Assembly (NCBI GenBank): GCA_951406725.2
Contig: OX597817.1
Coordinates: forward strand, 46,314,001-46,378,000
Direction: 5' to 3'
Origin: Octopus vulgaris
Lineage: Eukaryota
DNA: 64,000 nucleotides
The notes under the pieces are model-generated. The model searched no databases, was not told the origin of the DNA, and saw only the letters and a program-made list of their open reading frames with translations. How positions within the stretch are numbered: the stretch's first letter is position 1; the number at the start of each line of letters is the position of its first letter. This document shows, piece after piece, positions 52,490-64,000 of this stretch. A program made the position numbers and the translations under genes.

Positions 52490-52891
52490 TTTACTCTTTT
52501 ACTTGTTTCAGTCATTTGACTTTGGCCATGCTGGAGCACCGCCTTTAGTCGAGCAAATCGACCCCAGCACTTATTCTTTGTAAGCCTAGTACTTATTCTA
52601 TCGGTCTCTTTTGCCTAATCGCTAAGTTACCGAAACGTAAACACGCCAGCATCGATTGTCAAACGATGTTGGTGGGAAAACACAGACACACAAACATATA
52701 CACACACACATACATATATATACATATATGCGACAGGCTTCTTTCAGTTTCCGTCTACCAAATCCACTCACAAGGTTTTGGTCGGCCCGAGGCTATAGTA
52801 AAAGACACTTACCCAAGGTGCCACGCAGTGGGACTGAACCCGAACCATGTGGCTGGTAAGCAAGCTACTTACCACACAGCAACACCTACGC

Positions 52892-52951
<60 letters not shown>

Positions 52952-53239
52952 GATTTAATCATTATTGCCTATCGCTAACTACGGAAACGTAAACACGCCA
53001 GCATCGATTGTCAAACGATGTTGTGGGAAACACAGACACACAAACATATACACACACACATACATATATATACATATATGCGACAGGCTTCTTCAGTATC
53101 CGTCTACCAAATCCACTCACAAGGTTTTGGTCGGCCCGAGGCTATAGTAAAAGACACTTACCCAAGGTGCCACGCAGTGGGACTAACCCGAACCATGTGG
53201 CTGGTAAGCAAGCTACTTACCACACAGCAACACCTACGC

Positions 53240-53240
<1 letters not shown>
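52487..53240 (-). mobile_element. Family K SINE (52487-52892) plus a near-identical tandem partial duplicate (52964-53240)
   Basis: The two copies share private variants and differ mainly by 1-2-nt deletions. Confidence 0.9.
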
Positions 53241-53298
<58 letters not shown>

Positions 53299-54169
53299 CA
53301 GAATTTAATAGATTACATTCCTATATCATTGATGTTACGGAAAATGGAACAAGCTCATAGTTTGCATAACATATTGTCTCTGACCACTTTAGAATCCAAA
53401 CTTGAAATATATTTATATGCGTATGTATATGCATATATGATTTGTGTATAAATATGTGTATGTATGTGTATGCATGTACACACATGCCTATATTATATCT
53501 ATAAATGCTACGCAGAGTTCATTTAAGTGCATAACGCTGCTTGCTGCATATGTCAATGCATATTGCATCTAATTACTAAAAGCTGGTAAAGGTCATACAT
53601 GAAATATAGTAATGCGCCAATACTTACGAATTCCTGTTCCATGTTAATGTCAATTTATCAATGGCTAATATTTCTAATTGTGTACATGCACTTAATCCAT
53701 TCCTCTTTACACTCGCCAGCAATTGCTTATTAAATTCATCGACAAAAGATAGGGCACTGAAGGACAAAGGTTCGGTACACACATGGTGTAATATTCGCTG
53801 TTGGTGTCTTTACAATGCCTACAAACATTTAAGATTAAATTATGATCTGTAATGAAAGTGGTTTGTAGTTTGCTAACGGCCATAACTATCAGCATCAATG
53901 CCAAGAATATCCAAAATATGATAATTCTCTTAGATGTAAATAATTAAATTCAGAAAGGTGTGTAACAGCGGTCATTACCATTTTAGGGATCACTTATATC
54001 GTAGAATGCAAGGTGTATTCCAGAGTTTTTTTTCAGATTTTTCCGGGAGGGATATTTATTAATTTCAAAGACATACAAAATTCTAAACTTATTCAAAGGA
54101 TGACCATTTTACTTCAATGCACTTGTAGCACTCCAGACACTTTCGTGATGACCCCATATAAGTTCTCAA

Positions 54170-55140
54170 GAGAGAAAGTATCCAAGACTCTGGGCACACC
54201 TCCTTCATTTGTCAGCTTCCTCAAAACAGCTGTTCCTGTAGATTCCCTTCAGCTTTGGGAACAACCAAAATTCACAGGAAGCAAATGTATGGACTGTGAC
54301 GCGGGAAGGTGAAGGGCAGATCTGATGCCCTCTTCTGTCAAGTAGGTGATTACCAGGATGGAATTGTAGACTGGTATATTTTTCCGGTGCATGTTCCAGC
54401 GAGCCGAGCGGAAAAGCTCTGATATTTTATGACGAAATGATTTTCAGATTTCTCTCAAAACATCCACAATGTACTCTTTGTATACGGGTGGCTAGAAGGA
54501 ACTGAGTGGATGTCGATGATTCCTTTGGTATCAGAAGAAAGGGATTATCGAGAGGTTCCATTGATTTTTCTTGGCCTGACTTTCTTGGATCTGGGGGAGC
54601 CAGGATACTTCAATTCAGCGCTCAGTATCTTAGTCTCTGCTGAACCATAACCATATAATTAGATCCAGCTTACGTCACTGGTATTCTTGTATTGGAGGTA
54701 ATGAGCTTAGTTATATCCCTGCTGTCAACAATGCACGTTTTCTTCTGTTCGTTACGTAACACCCTGGGAACAAATTTCGAGCGTGTTTAGATCTTCATGA
54801 AGGTTTCTGTGTACAATTTCCAAACAAACTCCAAACTATATGCATATTGCCTTTATATACACACGCCGGTCTTCGTCCGGAAAATTGCGAATTTTCTCAA
54901 CCAGCTCTGATGTTCTGACCACCCTTTTCCTTCCCACACCTCTTACCGTCTCTGAGTTCTGTGTCATCCACAAATCTCTTGTGTCAGCGACAAACAGATG
55001 TTGGACTCTTACAAATTCATTCATAAGTGGTCTGCAGCGTTTCATAAGTTTCTGCATCGATTTCACCCAGTTTAACACAAAACTTTATTGCATAGCGATC
55101 TTACAAATGGTATTCACGTCCCGACTGCATTCTACAAACT
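54170..55140 (-). pseudogene. Degenerate mariner (DD34D-type) transposase
   Basis: The minus strand gives RYAIKFCVKLG..DAETYETLQTTY, ELVEKIRN..DEDRR, SKFVPR, TSDVSWI, YPGSPRSKKVR and DTKGII; multiple frameshifts. Confidence 0.85.
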
Positions 55141-56721
55141 AGTCATCTGTGACAAGAAGTATTTGGTACGCTGAGTTCAAAGTGATGTTGCAACCTCCTC
55201 CTTCAGTCGGGAATAAAACCACGTTGGCTGGTTGGTTTATCAGATGTATATAATTATAATACTAAAATTATAACAATTTAGGACAGTTATAACAGCGTCT
55301 CCTACAAAGTAACTCTCAAACTTTCTGGAATGTCCGTCGTGGATTCCTTTGTAAAAAAGTGTAATCTTAAAGTAGAGATAACTTCGCTAGTGCATCTTAT
55401 ACTACATAATTCTAATTCTCCCTTTCTTCCATATAATGATAACGAGAATAACGGTTTCTTACGAAGGCATAAAGACATCAGTTTTATGTGAAAGAATTAT
55501 CTCTTAAAGGGATTCGAGTGTATGGCAGGTACTGATAATATAAACGACGAAAGATTAAAATTAAAATGGTGTCAGCCAGATTTTGACTGAACCTTAACAA
55601 AATGGCCACTATAAGAGATACGTCCCTGAGTGAGGTAGCGCACATCATTCAATGACGTAACGTGGAGCTATTAGCTGTTTTATACAAGTCATTCAGAAAT
55701 CTTCACTCATGTAATTAGTCCTCTTACTTGCATTTCAGCAACAAATTCATTCCGTGGATCAGCTCTCTTACTTCAAAGCCACCTTACGTTTTCCTATGCA
55801 GCTTGATTTACAGACTTAATTTACAGACTATAGATTCTGCCACCTGCACTTTTAAACGTAGCAGAAAATTATGACATCACGTGGTCTCCACGACTTAGAT
55901 TAAGTAGGTTGAAGGAAAAATTTATGCTCTCGTCGTAGGAAATTATTTACATAAGAGTTAGTAAATCAAGCGAAAGAATTGATGGAATAGAAGATACACA
56001 TTGCCCCACAGTCATAGAACAATTATATGGAATATCGTTATAACACGAATAGTTATATATTGTTTAGTGTTTTGAAAGAAGATCAGACAAAAAGCTCTTT
56101 ATTTTTCTGATTTTTAAAAATTTCATTGCATTCAAAATATTAAAAAATCATTAAAGGGATTACATATAAATCTTATTTTCTTTATAATGTCAGTAAAGAA
56201 AACTTAAATTACGTTGGACTGACAACCAATATTAACGGATATATTTCCTCATAAACGAAAACATTAGAAATTTCGATAAGGAACTTGTATATTGCAGTAA
56301 CGGAATGAAAGTTGAGTGATTAAAAGTCTAGTTTTAAGCATAGGTTATCAGATAAATAATTCTCGGGCAAAATTTCGTATCAATCGATAGACAATTTCGC
56401 GGATATCATGTCGAAAATATAGTATCTCATTATAATTATCCATCACTTATAAGGAATTGTGTCGTTAGGAGCCAGAGACATCCTCACTTAGATTAGTTTT
56501 GCTAATGTTATGGAGAAATAACAGTTGATTGCTTGATGTAATCAGTGTATTTGAAGACAGAATGCTTTCGATAAGTGGTTGTTTTCGCTCATAAACGTAA
56601 ATACATACGTATATACACATATATATATGTGTGTGTATATATATATATATATATACAAATATATAGACATACACACATATATATACGCACACACACATAT
56701 AAATACATATATATATATATG

Positions 56722-56777
<56 letters not shown>

Positions 56778-56834
56778 ATACAAAACTATGAGAGAGAATC
56801 CACTATGTGGACGCTCTAACGCTATACACACACT

Positions 56835-56894
<60 letters not shown>

Positions 56895-57055
56895 TATAGA
56901 TGTATACACATATATATATATATATAAATATACACATATACATATACATATATAAAAGTGTATACATATATAGATATATATTTAATATATGTATATATAT
57001 ATATATATATGATATATATTATTTGATATATATTATATATATATACATACATATA

Positions 57056-57088
<33 letters not shown>

Positions 57089-57730
57089 TTATGTATGTAT
57101 GTATGTATGTATAAGTATGGATATAATAAGATGCTTTTTATACATAAATTTCAACATAAGTTTAGATAAACGTATGTGTATGTGCGTATGTATGCAGGCA
57201 TATCAGGTAGTGCGTATAAATACAAATAGAAAGAAAAGATAATAAGCTATAAGCTTGGCTACCTTGTTCACTCTCTACCATTTATTTCGTTTATTTACAT
57301 ACGTCCTACTTTCGTCTTTCCTTAATTTTGATATTCAATGTTGTACATTTGTCTGCCTCTTATTCTATCTCACATTTCGTTGTAACTCTTCAACTCTCTA
57401 TTTTCCTCTTTGTGTTTCTCTCTGTCTTTCACTTGTTACTTCATTTGTTTATGGTAAATAATTTTTGTGAGATATATTCCGGCATACAGTATACTTGAAG
57501 TAGTTCTTGCCGTCTAAGATATTCGTTTATCTCTAGAAGATTCTTGGTCTTCGTCCGTTGTGTAAATTGAATGAAAAAAAATGTAATCATCAGTTCAAGG
57601 CAATACTGCATTTTAAAGTGGTTTACATACGTGTATATACACACAGTCAGACAGACAGACAAACAAACACACACACACAGGTAACACGCGCGCTCCTACA
57701 AATACACACACATATGCATATATTTATATG

Positions 57731-57771
<41 letters not shown>

Positions 57772-57864
57772 GTATGTGTGTATATATATAAAATGTTTAT
57801 ATATACATGTGTCTTTGTGTGTGTGTGTATACATATATTTATATATATTTATGTATGCGTATGT

Positions 57865-57909
<45 letters not shown>

Positions 57910-58065
57910 ATACAAATGATAGATTTCTCACAGAGATATTTATAATACTACTGCTATTTAACCCTAGGAGGCACCGCTTAACGTCAGCCTTGACAACTTT
58001 CCTGTGTCGTTATGTTTACAAATGGGGAGATAAGCACCTCCACCCAGCTAGCAAGCCTTGCTACT

Positions 58066-58106
58066 CCGGACTGATAACGAGCAATGACTCAGAAACTAGT
58101 CTCTGG
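58066..58106 (+). ncRNA. Hammerhead-like motif
   Basis: CCGGA-CTGATAAC-GAG-caatga-CTC-a-GAAA-CTAG-TC-TCTGG: stems I and II, ACTAGT palindrome, GUC site; G-to-A change in the core. Confidence 0.65.
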
Positions 58107-58109
58107 TGC

Positions 58110-58512
58110 TATGACAAGCCTTGACTATTGGTGTTGACTAGAAATGCTCAAGCTTTATTCCTTCTAACGCTGCCGTGAGCGCTACATCATCTGTATGATG
58201 TGTAAAATATTCCATCGGCATTGCCCAAATGATGTTGATATCGCGTTTAAGTTACACCCAACATTTGGACCCTGTGCTATCCGTCCACAACATAAATCAT
58301 ACTCGCATCATAGAACAAGACTACGGCACGATTATTTCACCTCATTTCGCCCCGCTTTCTTTCACATTACACTAAAACACATTAAGTAGAAACAGACCCG
58401 AAAATGTTCAAGAAGCCTTCGGACAAATTCCTTTAAAAAATCCCGGATAAACCTCTTACACACGGATATGTCTCTGCAACCAATAACTCTCTCCTCGGGT
58501 GGGCCCAAAAGA
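58110..58512 (+). mobile_element. CR1-like LINE 3' fragment, degenerate
   Basis: Reads LKLYSF*RCRERYIICMMCKIF...HPTFGPCAIRP...LRHDYFTS...IPDKPLTHGYVSATNNSLLGW. Confidence 0.8.
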
Positions 58513-58762
58513 GGTCCGTCGTATATATATATATATATGTATATATCAATATGTGCGTATCTTTGTGTCTCTGTTTGTCTCCGAATCACTGTAATCTAGT
58601 AGTTTGGCAAATGAGTCCGATAGAATAAGTACTAGGATGCAAAAAATAAGCTTTGGGGTCGATTCGTTCGACTAACAACCTTCAAGGCGGTGTGCGAGTA
58701 TAGCAACAGTCAAGAGACTGAAACAAGTATAAGAATACACACACACACACACACACACACAC

Positions 58763-58810
<48 letters not shown>

Positions 58811-58811
58811 T

Positions 58812-59033
58812 TATTGCCCAAAAGGGCTAAATATACAGGGGACAAACAAGAACATACAAAGGGATTAAGTCGATTATATCGATCCCAGTGCGTGAATGGT
58901 ACTTATTTAATCGACCCCGAAAGGATGAAAGGCAAAGTCGACCTCAGCGGAATTTGAACTCAGAACGTAGAGACAGATGAAATATCCCAAAGCATTTCGC
59001 CCGGCGTGCTAACGTTTCTGCCAGCTCACCGCC
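58812..59033 (-). mobile_element. Family M SINE
   Basis: Match to 41808-42040. Confidence 0.9.
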
Positions 59034-59050
59034 TTAATATATGTGTTTGC

Positions 59051-59092
<42 letters not shown>

Positions 59093-59175
59093 ATGTGTGT
59101 GTGTTTGTATGTATGGATGTTATATATATGCATGTGTGTATGTATGTATGTATGTATATACATATATATATATAT

Positions 59176-59231
<56 letters not shown>

Positions 59232-60488
59232 ATGGTGAACAAGGCGAAAGTTCATATATATATAAATATAAATACATATATGTATATGTATATATGTATG
59301 TGTGTAACTATATGTGTATATATAAAGGAACTGTATGTGTGAACGTGCATATTTATGTGTTCTTTTCTAGATTGCTAGTGAAAGGTAAATCTATAGATAG
59401 ATCAATAAGGAAACAAATATATCTATATGTGCGTGTGCATGTGTGTATGTATGTGTGTGTGCATCTATGTATGATGTACACATGCACTTACTTGAATGCA
59501 CATATCTGTCACATTTTTATGAAAATTTACCGTTGTATCGGTTTATTGTTGTACTTTACCGTTGTTCTCGCATCACCTCAACTCTTAGACAAGTTCCTAT
59601 ATTTGGCTGTTAAATTCGCCAAATTTAATGGAGCCAAAATAACAAATGAATCTTCTTTTGACTTGCGCAGTTCTTGAAAATTGGGTGTTGACCTTTAGAT
59701 GCTTTCTCAGACATTTTCTATCTTCCTTCTCATTTTATTTTATAACATTACCCAGAGACTGCATTTGAAAGCCTGAGTTTGGTATTCATTTCAAGCAATG
59801 CTATATTTTTCTTTCTAGCCGTGATAGAATAGAACAGATGAAGAAACACGATACAGGTGTTTGAATGAAACCAGTGAAGCGTTTATAAGTTATGCCTGGG
59901 AGTTAACGGAAAAAGAATTTCTTTAGCAATGTTTACAAACTTTTGTATAGTAAAGTAGTTATAGATTTAAATACATAAAAAAAATGCAATGCTATGAAAT
60001 GGAATAATGGCTTTCCTAAGAAGAATCTACCTGTTGCTCTGAGAACATATTTTCGTACAACTGGATTAACGTTTCCATAGCAATCACATCCTTACGATAA
60101 ATTAAAGTCGAGTAATTTACTAACAATAGCAAATAGATAGTATTCTTTTGTCAGCAAAGAAATCTAATCTAAAATTAAATTCTATGAAACCACGGAAGTT
60201 TATTTACAAAAGATATTGTGTCCATTTCAATAATTTTTTGATGTTGGTAATATTTTGTATTGCATTTCGTTATTTTTTCTATGCACTGTTTAATAAATGC
60301 TTACTTAAAATTAGGAAAGACGATAATCACATAATTTCTAAGGCATCTAAGTAGACACTAATGTCACAACAAAGAAACTATTGTCATAACAAAGATTTCA
60401 TATTACAGCTTTCTTTGTAATATGAAGTGTTCTGCTATATCGTTCCTGAAGTACGAAATTAATGCCATATTCAATACTGTTATTTTGT

Positions 60489-60518
<30 letters not shown>

Positions 60519-60519
<1 letters not shown>

Positions 60520-61027
60520 CCCCCTTCGGTCATGACTGACCATGGGATTGCACCTAGAGATTTACCCTCCGAGGCATAAGTCAGGGCAAGATTGTTTATG
60601 GAAGACCAGCAGTCGCCCACTCATACAAGCCTCCCCTCTCCACGCCACCGATGTTATCCACGGGAAAGGCAAAGGCCGATACAGCTTTGCACCAGTGACG
60701 TCGCAGCTCAATTATTAACGTGCAAGTGGCTGAGCACTCCACAGACACGTGTGCCCTTAACGTGGTTCTCGGGTAGATTCAGCGTGACACGGAGTGTGAC
60801 AAGACTGGCCCCTTTGAAATACAAGTAGAACAGAAACAGGAAGAAAGAGTGAGAGAAAGTTGTGGTGAAAGAATACAGCAGGGTTCACCACCCCTCCCTG
60901 CTGGAACCTCGTGGAACTTTAGGTGTTTTCGCTCAATAAACACTCACGATGCCTGATCTGGGAATCGAAACCGCGATCCTACGACCGCGAGCCCGCAACT
61001 CTAACCACTGGACAATTGCGCCTCCAC
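60519..61027 (-). mobile_element. tRNA-derived SINE (head B, central domain, tail Y)
   Basis: Head and body match 31149-31427; tail matches 48982-49150. Confidence 0.88.
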
Positions 61028-61269
61028 TCAATACTGTTATATTCATATTCTATTAAGATTTTTTGATGTGACATTAATGTCTACTAACAAACGTGTTTCG
61101 ATACCAAAGCTATTCTGTTATCTATTCATCGTTAATACAACCTTTAATAGGTTTCATTAGAATTTCTGTATATTTATATACGTATACATACATACATGTA
61201 TGTGTATACATATATGTATGTGTGAATATACATACACATATATATATAAACATGGATCTACACACACAT

Positions 61270-61334
<65 letters not shown>

Positions 61335-61353
61335 GGCATCTACACACACATAC

Positions 61354-61412
<59 letters not shown>

Positions 61413-61415
<3 letters not shown>

Positions 61416-61625
61416 GAGGGCTTGCTGGTAAACAGTTACTGGTTTTAAGGGGATCGCGTAAGGCTTGGCTGGAAGCCCAAACTTCTGACTTCTTTCACAG
61501 TGCTTAGAAAAACTGTAGGACTGTGGCAATAAATGTGTGACTCTGATGCGGTTATGTTGAATAAAATAATGATCCTCCTGTATTGTCCGTTACTCAAAAC
61601 TAGGAACACTTCACCATCTCCTCGT
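61413..61625. mobile_element. Mariner-type MITE or deletion derivative in (TA)n
   Basis: ACGAGGG...CCTCGT termini. Internal LEKL*DCGNKCV...GYVE* resembles a mariner transposase C-terminus. Confidence 0.6.
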
Positions 61626-61626
61626 G

Positions 61627-61668
<42 letters not shown>

Positions 61669-62258
61669 AGAATAATGAAAAGGAAGTTCTAAGTACAGTA
61701 TTATATATATCTGAAAAACTGAGAAGAGGTGGCTTTTAGGGGGAATCATTTTTATTTTAATCTTAATAATGTTAACAGTTAGTTACTCTGATAAGAGTTT
61801 CGGGCTGATATGAGTAGTCGCTTTCAAATTGAAAGATGTATGGTTTACTGGTTGCTTAAATAGCAAAAGAGTTTTTGTTAAAAGAGTACATGTAGTATAA
61901 AACATGCACAAAAAAGGGGGAAAATTATATAAGAATATATATGTAAAGAAAATACAAAAGCCTATGTGATGACGAAGAAGAAGAAGAAGAAGAAGAAGAA
62001 GAAGAAGAAGAAGAAGAAGAAGAAGAAGAAGAAGAAGAAGAAGAAGAAAAAAGAAAGAAAGAAATAATGCAATGAAGAAGGCGAAAAAGATGGAGAAGTT
62101 TGAAAACAACTACTTGAAGATCGAAACTCATATCAGAGTAACTCACTGTAAATATTATAAAGATTTTAAAAAATTATCTCACCCAAAATATATCTCTACT
62201 CATTTTTCCCAAAATATTCATATATATATATATACAAATATATATATATAGATAAATA

Positions 62259-62332
<74 letters not shown>

Positions 62333-62529
62333 TAATCATACATATATACATACGCATATACATTGCAAGTGCGTGTGTGTGCGTGCGTGCGTGAGTGTCT
62401 GTGCTTGTGTGTGTGTGTGTGAAAGTATGCATGGTTGTAAACTTGAATATTCTTCTGTCAATTTTGACCCAGTACATTAAATGCACCGCCTCATAAAATC
62501 TTGTAAGTTACTTCTAAATTCTCTTACGT

Positions 62530-63250
62530 GTGACCGTGACCGTAGCCCATTCAATGAAGGAATTGTTCTTAGCTAAATCACGGCAACGTATCTTTTGATT
62601 ATCTGCTATTTCTTGCGGACATTCTTTCAGGTAACGTTTCAAAGTTACGTATCTTTTTTACTATTATTTCTGAAGAGTGTTAAATAAGGCAGGATTGTTT
62701 GAGATAAAATAATTAAGTTGCAGTGTCGTCAGCAGTGGTGAGCTCGATCTGCGTAAAGTGTTTCTACCTTTGGTTAATTTTTAGCCTCCTGCGAAGAAGC
62801 TGAAATCAATCCGGATGGTATATTTTGCACATGTTACCAATAAGATAACAACCAGTGTGGCATTGTGGACAGTAATGTCTGTGTATTTTGAGACAATTTC
62901 ACTAAGCAAATATTGCCATTTTAGGTTTTTTAATTTCTTTTTTCCATGTTCCATTGTTATTCCGTATGGCCCTCCCGTAATAGATAATACGAGAATTGAT
63001 TAAATTTAGGGGTGCAGGAGGGATTCAAGCAAGCTACCTTGAAAGGCGTTCATTATTTGAATCATACCAAACAATTCAAATTTGTTTCTCTCGAAATCCG
63101 CAATGATTATTAGCTTCTTTCTAGAATGTGCATATGCGATTAGAATTGCCCAGGTATCTGAGACAGTACGAGTGTTTTTTGAAAATGAGTTGACTATCAT
63201 TTCTTGTAGATCAAGCGACAATGATGCTTCTTCCTCATTTAAATAATTTA
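62530..63250 (-). mobile_element. Degenerate CR1-like LINE 3' fragment
   Basis: The minus strand reads TTLQLNYFISNNPALFNTL...NNSFIEWA, homologous to 58320-58505. Confidence 0.6.
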
Positions 63251-64000
63251 GCGATTTATTACAGACAACGGTAGACTAAAAAATAAGTATATATCTGAAA
63301 AAATAAGTAGTGACTGCCTTATACAAAGCGGCTAGAAGTGGCTTCCCTCTTGAGTCAGAAGTTTAAAGGTATTTTGTATTACTACAAGTGCAGTCGTTAA
63401 TATTTATTTATGTATATATGTGTATATATATGTGTGTGCCTATATACATACATACCGACCTAGATACATACACATACGTATACATATATACATATATATA
63501 TGCATATATATAGAGAAATATAAACACATATGCATGTATATATACATATATAGTTATAATTTTCTTTTGACACACATAGAGAGCTTAGAAGTACTCAAGT
63601 CGAACCTGAGGCGATATAAAAGTAAAATGGATACAATAGTAAAAGGTCAACTCAGGCAAACAATGGTTAACACCTATCCGTACGGGTTTCATAATGATAA
63701 AAATATGAATTGTCCAAGCTTAAACACATATACATATATATATGTGGGAATATATAAATATAATAATAAAAACAAAATAATATTGATATATAATGGACAT
63801 ATAAACATAATAATAATGGAATAAAGATAATGTTTTTTAAATTAAAGTATGGCATCGAGAAAATAATAGGCATTCAAAGGAGTTTGGGTTACATGTTCGA
63901 AGAAAATAAAGAATTCCAACGATCTAGGGTTTATCATATATATATATATATATGTATGTATGTATACATATACCATAACTTAACGTGTATAAGGAACCCT

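Noticed and set aside
63590-63930. Possible minus-strand PLE 3' end with a GAAACCCGTA half-motif
   Set aside because: The CTGANGA box is missing and the protein similarity is marginal.

Overview
This is AT-rich, microsatellite-dense eukaryotic non-genic (intergenic or intronic) DNA. The SINE families and repeat landscape suggest an octopus or other cephalopod (inference). I found no convincing host protein-coding gene, and almost all ORFs in the track are microsatellite or antisense artefacts. The window is a mosaic of retroelements and DNA transposons: CR1-like LINE fragments (RT at 1-939; 3' ends at 16148, 37163, 58110, 62530), an RTE relic, and several Penelope-like elements (PLEs). One PLE keeps an uninterrupted ~500-aa RT + GIY-YIG ORF (14034-15545, minus) with three pseudo-LTR copies in inverted arrangement. 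There are also many tRNA-derived SINEs, a mariner relic, MITEs and Helitron ends. Main hidden signals: (1) about 12 minimal type I hammerhead-ribozyme motifs with palindromic stem III, all in PLE-derived pieces; (2) a TSD-flanked element joining a tRNA-like Pol III head, a hammerhead and a PLE-style inverted copy (41044-41445), a candidate PLE-mobilised ribozyme SINE; (3) head-to-tail SINE multimers with the same junction at two loci; (4) a SINE/CR1 shared 3' tail with a covarying hairpin; (5) all four head x tail combinations of two SINE modules. All assignments come from manual reading; no searches or folding were run.
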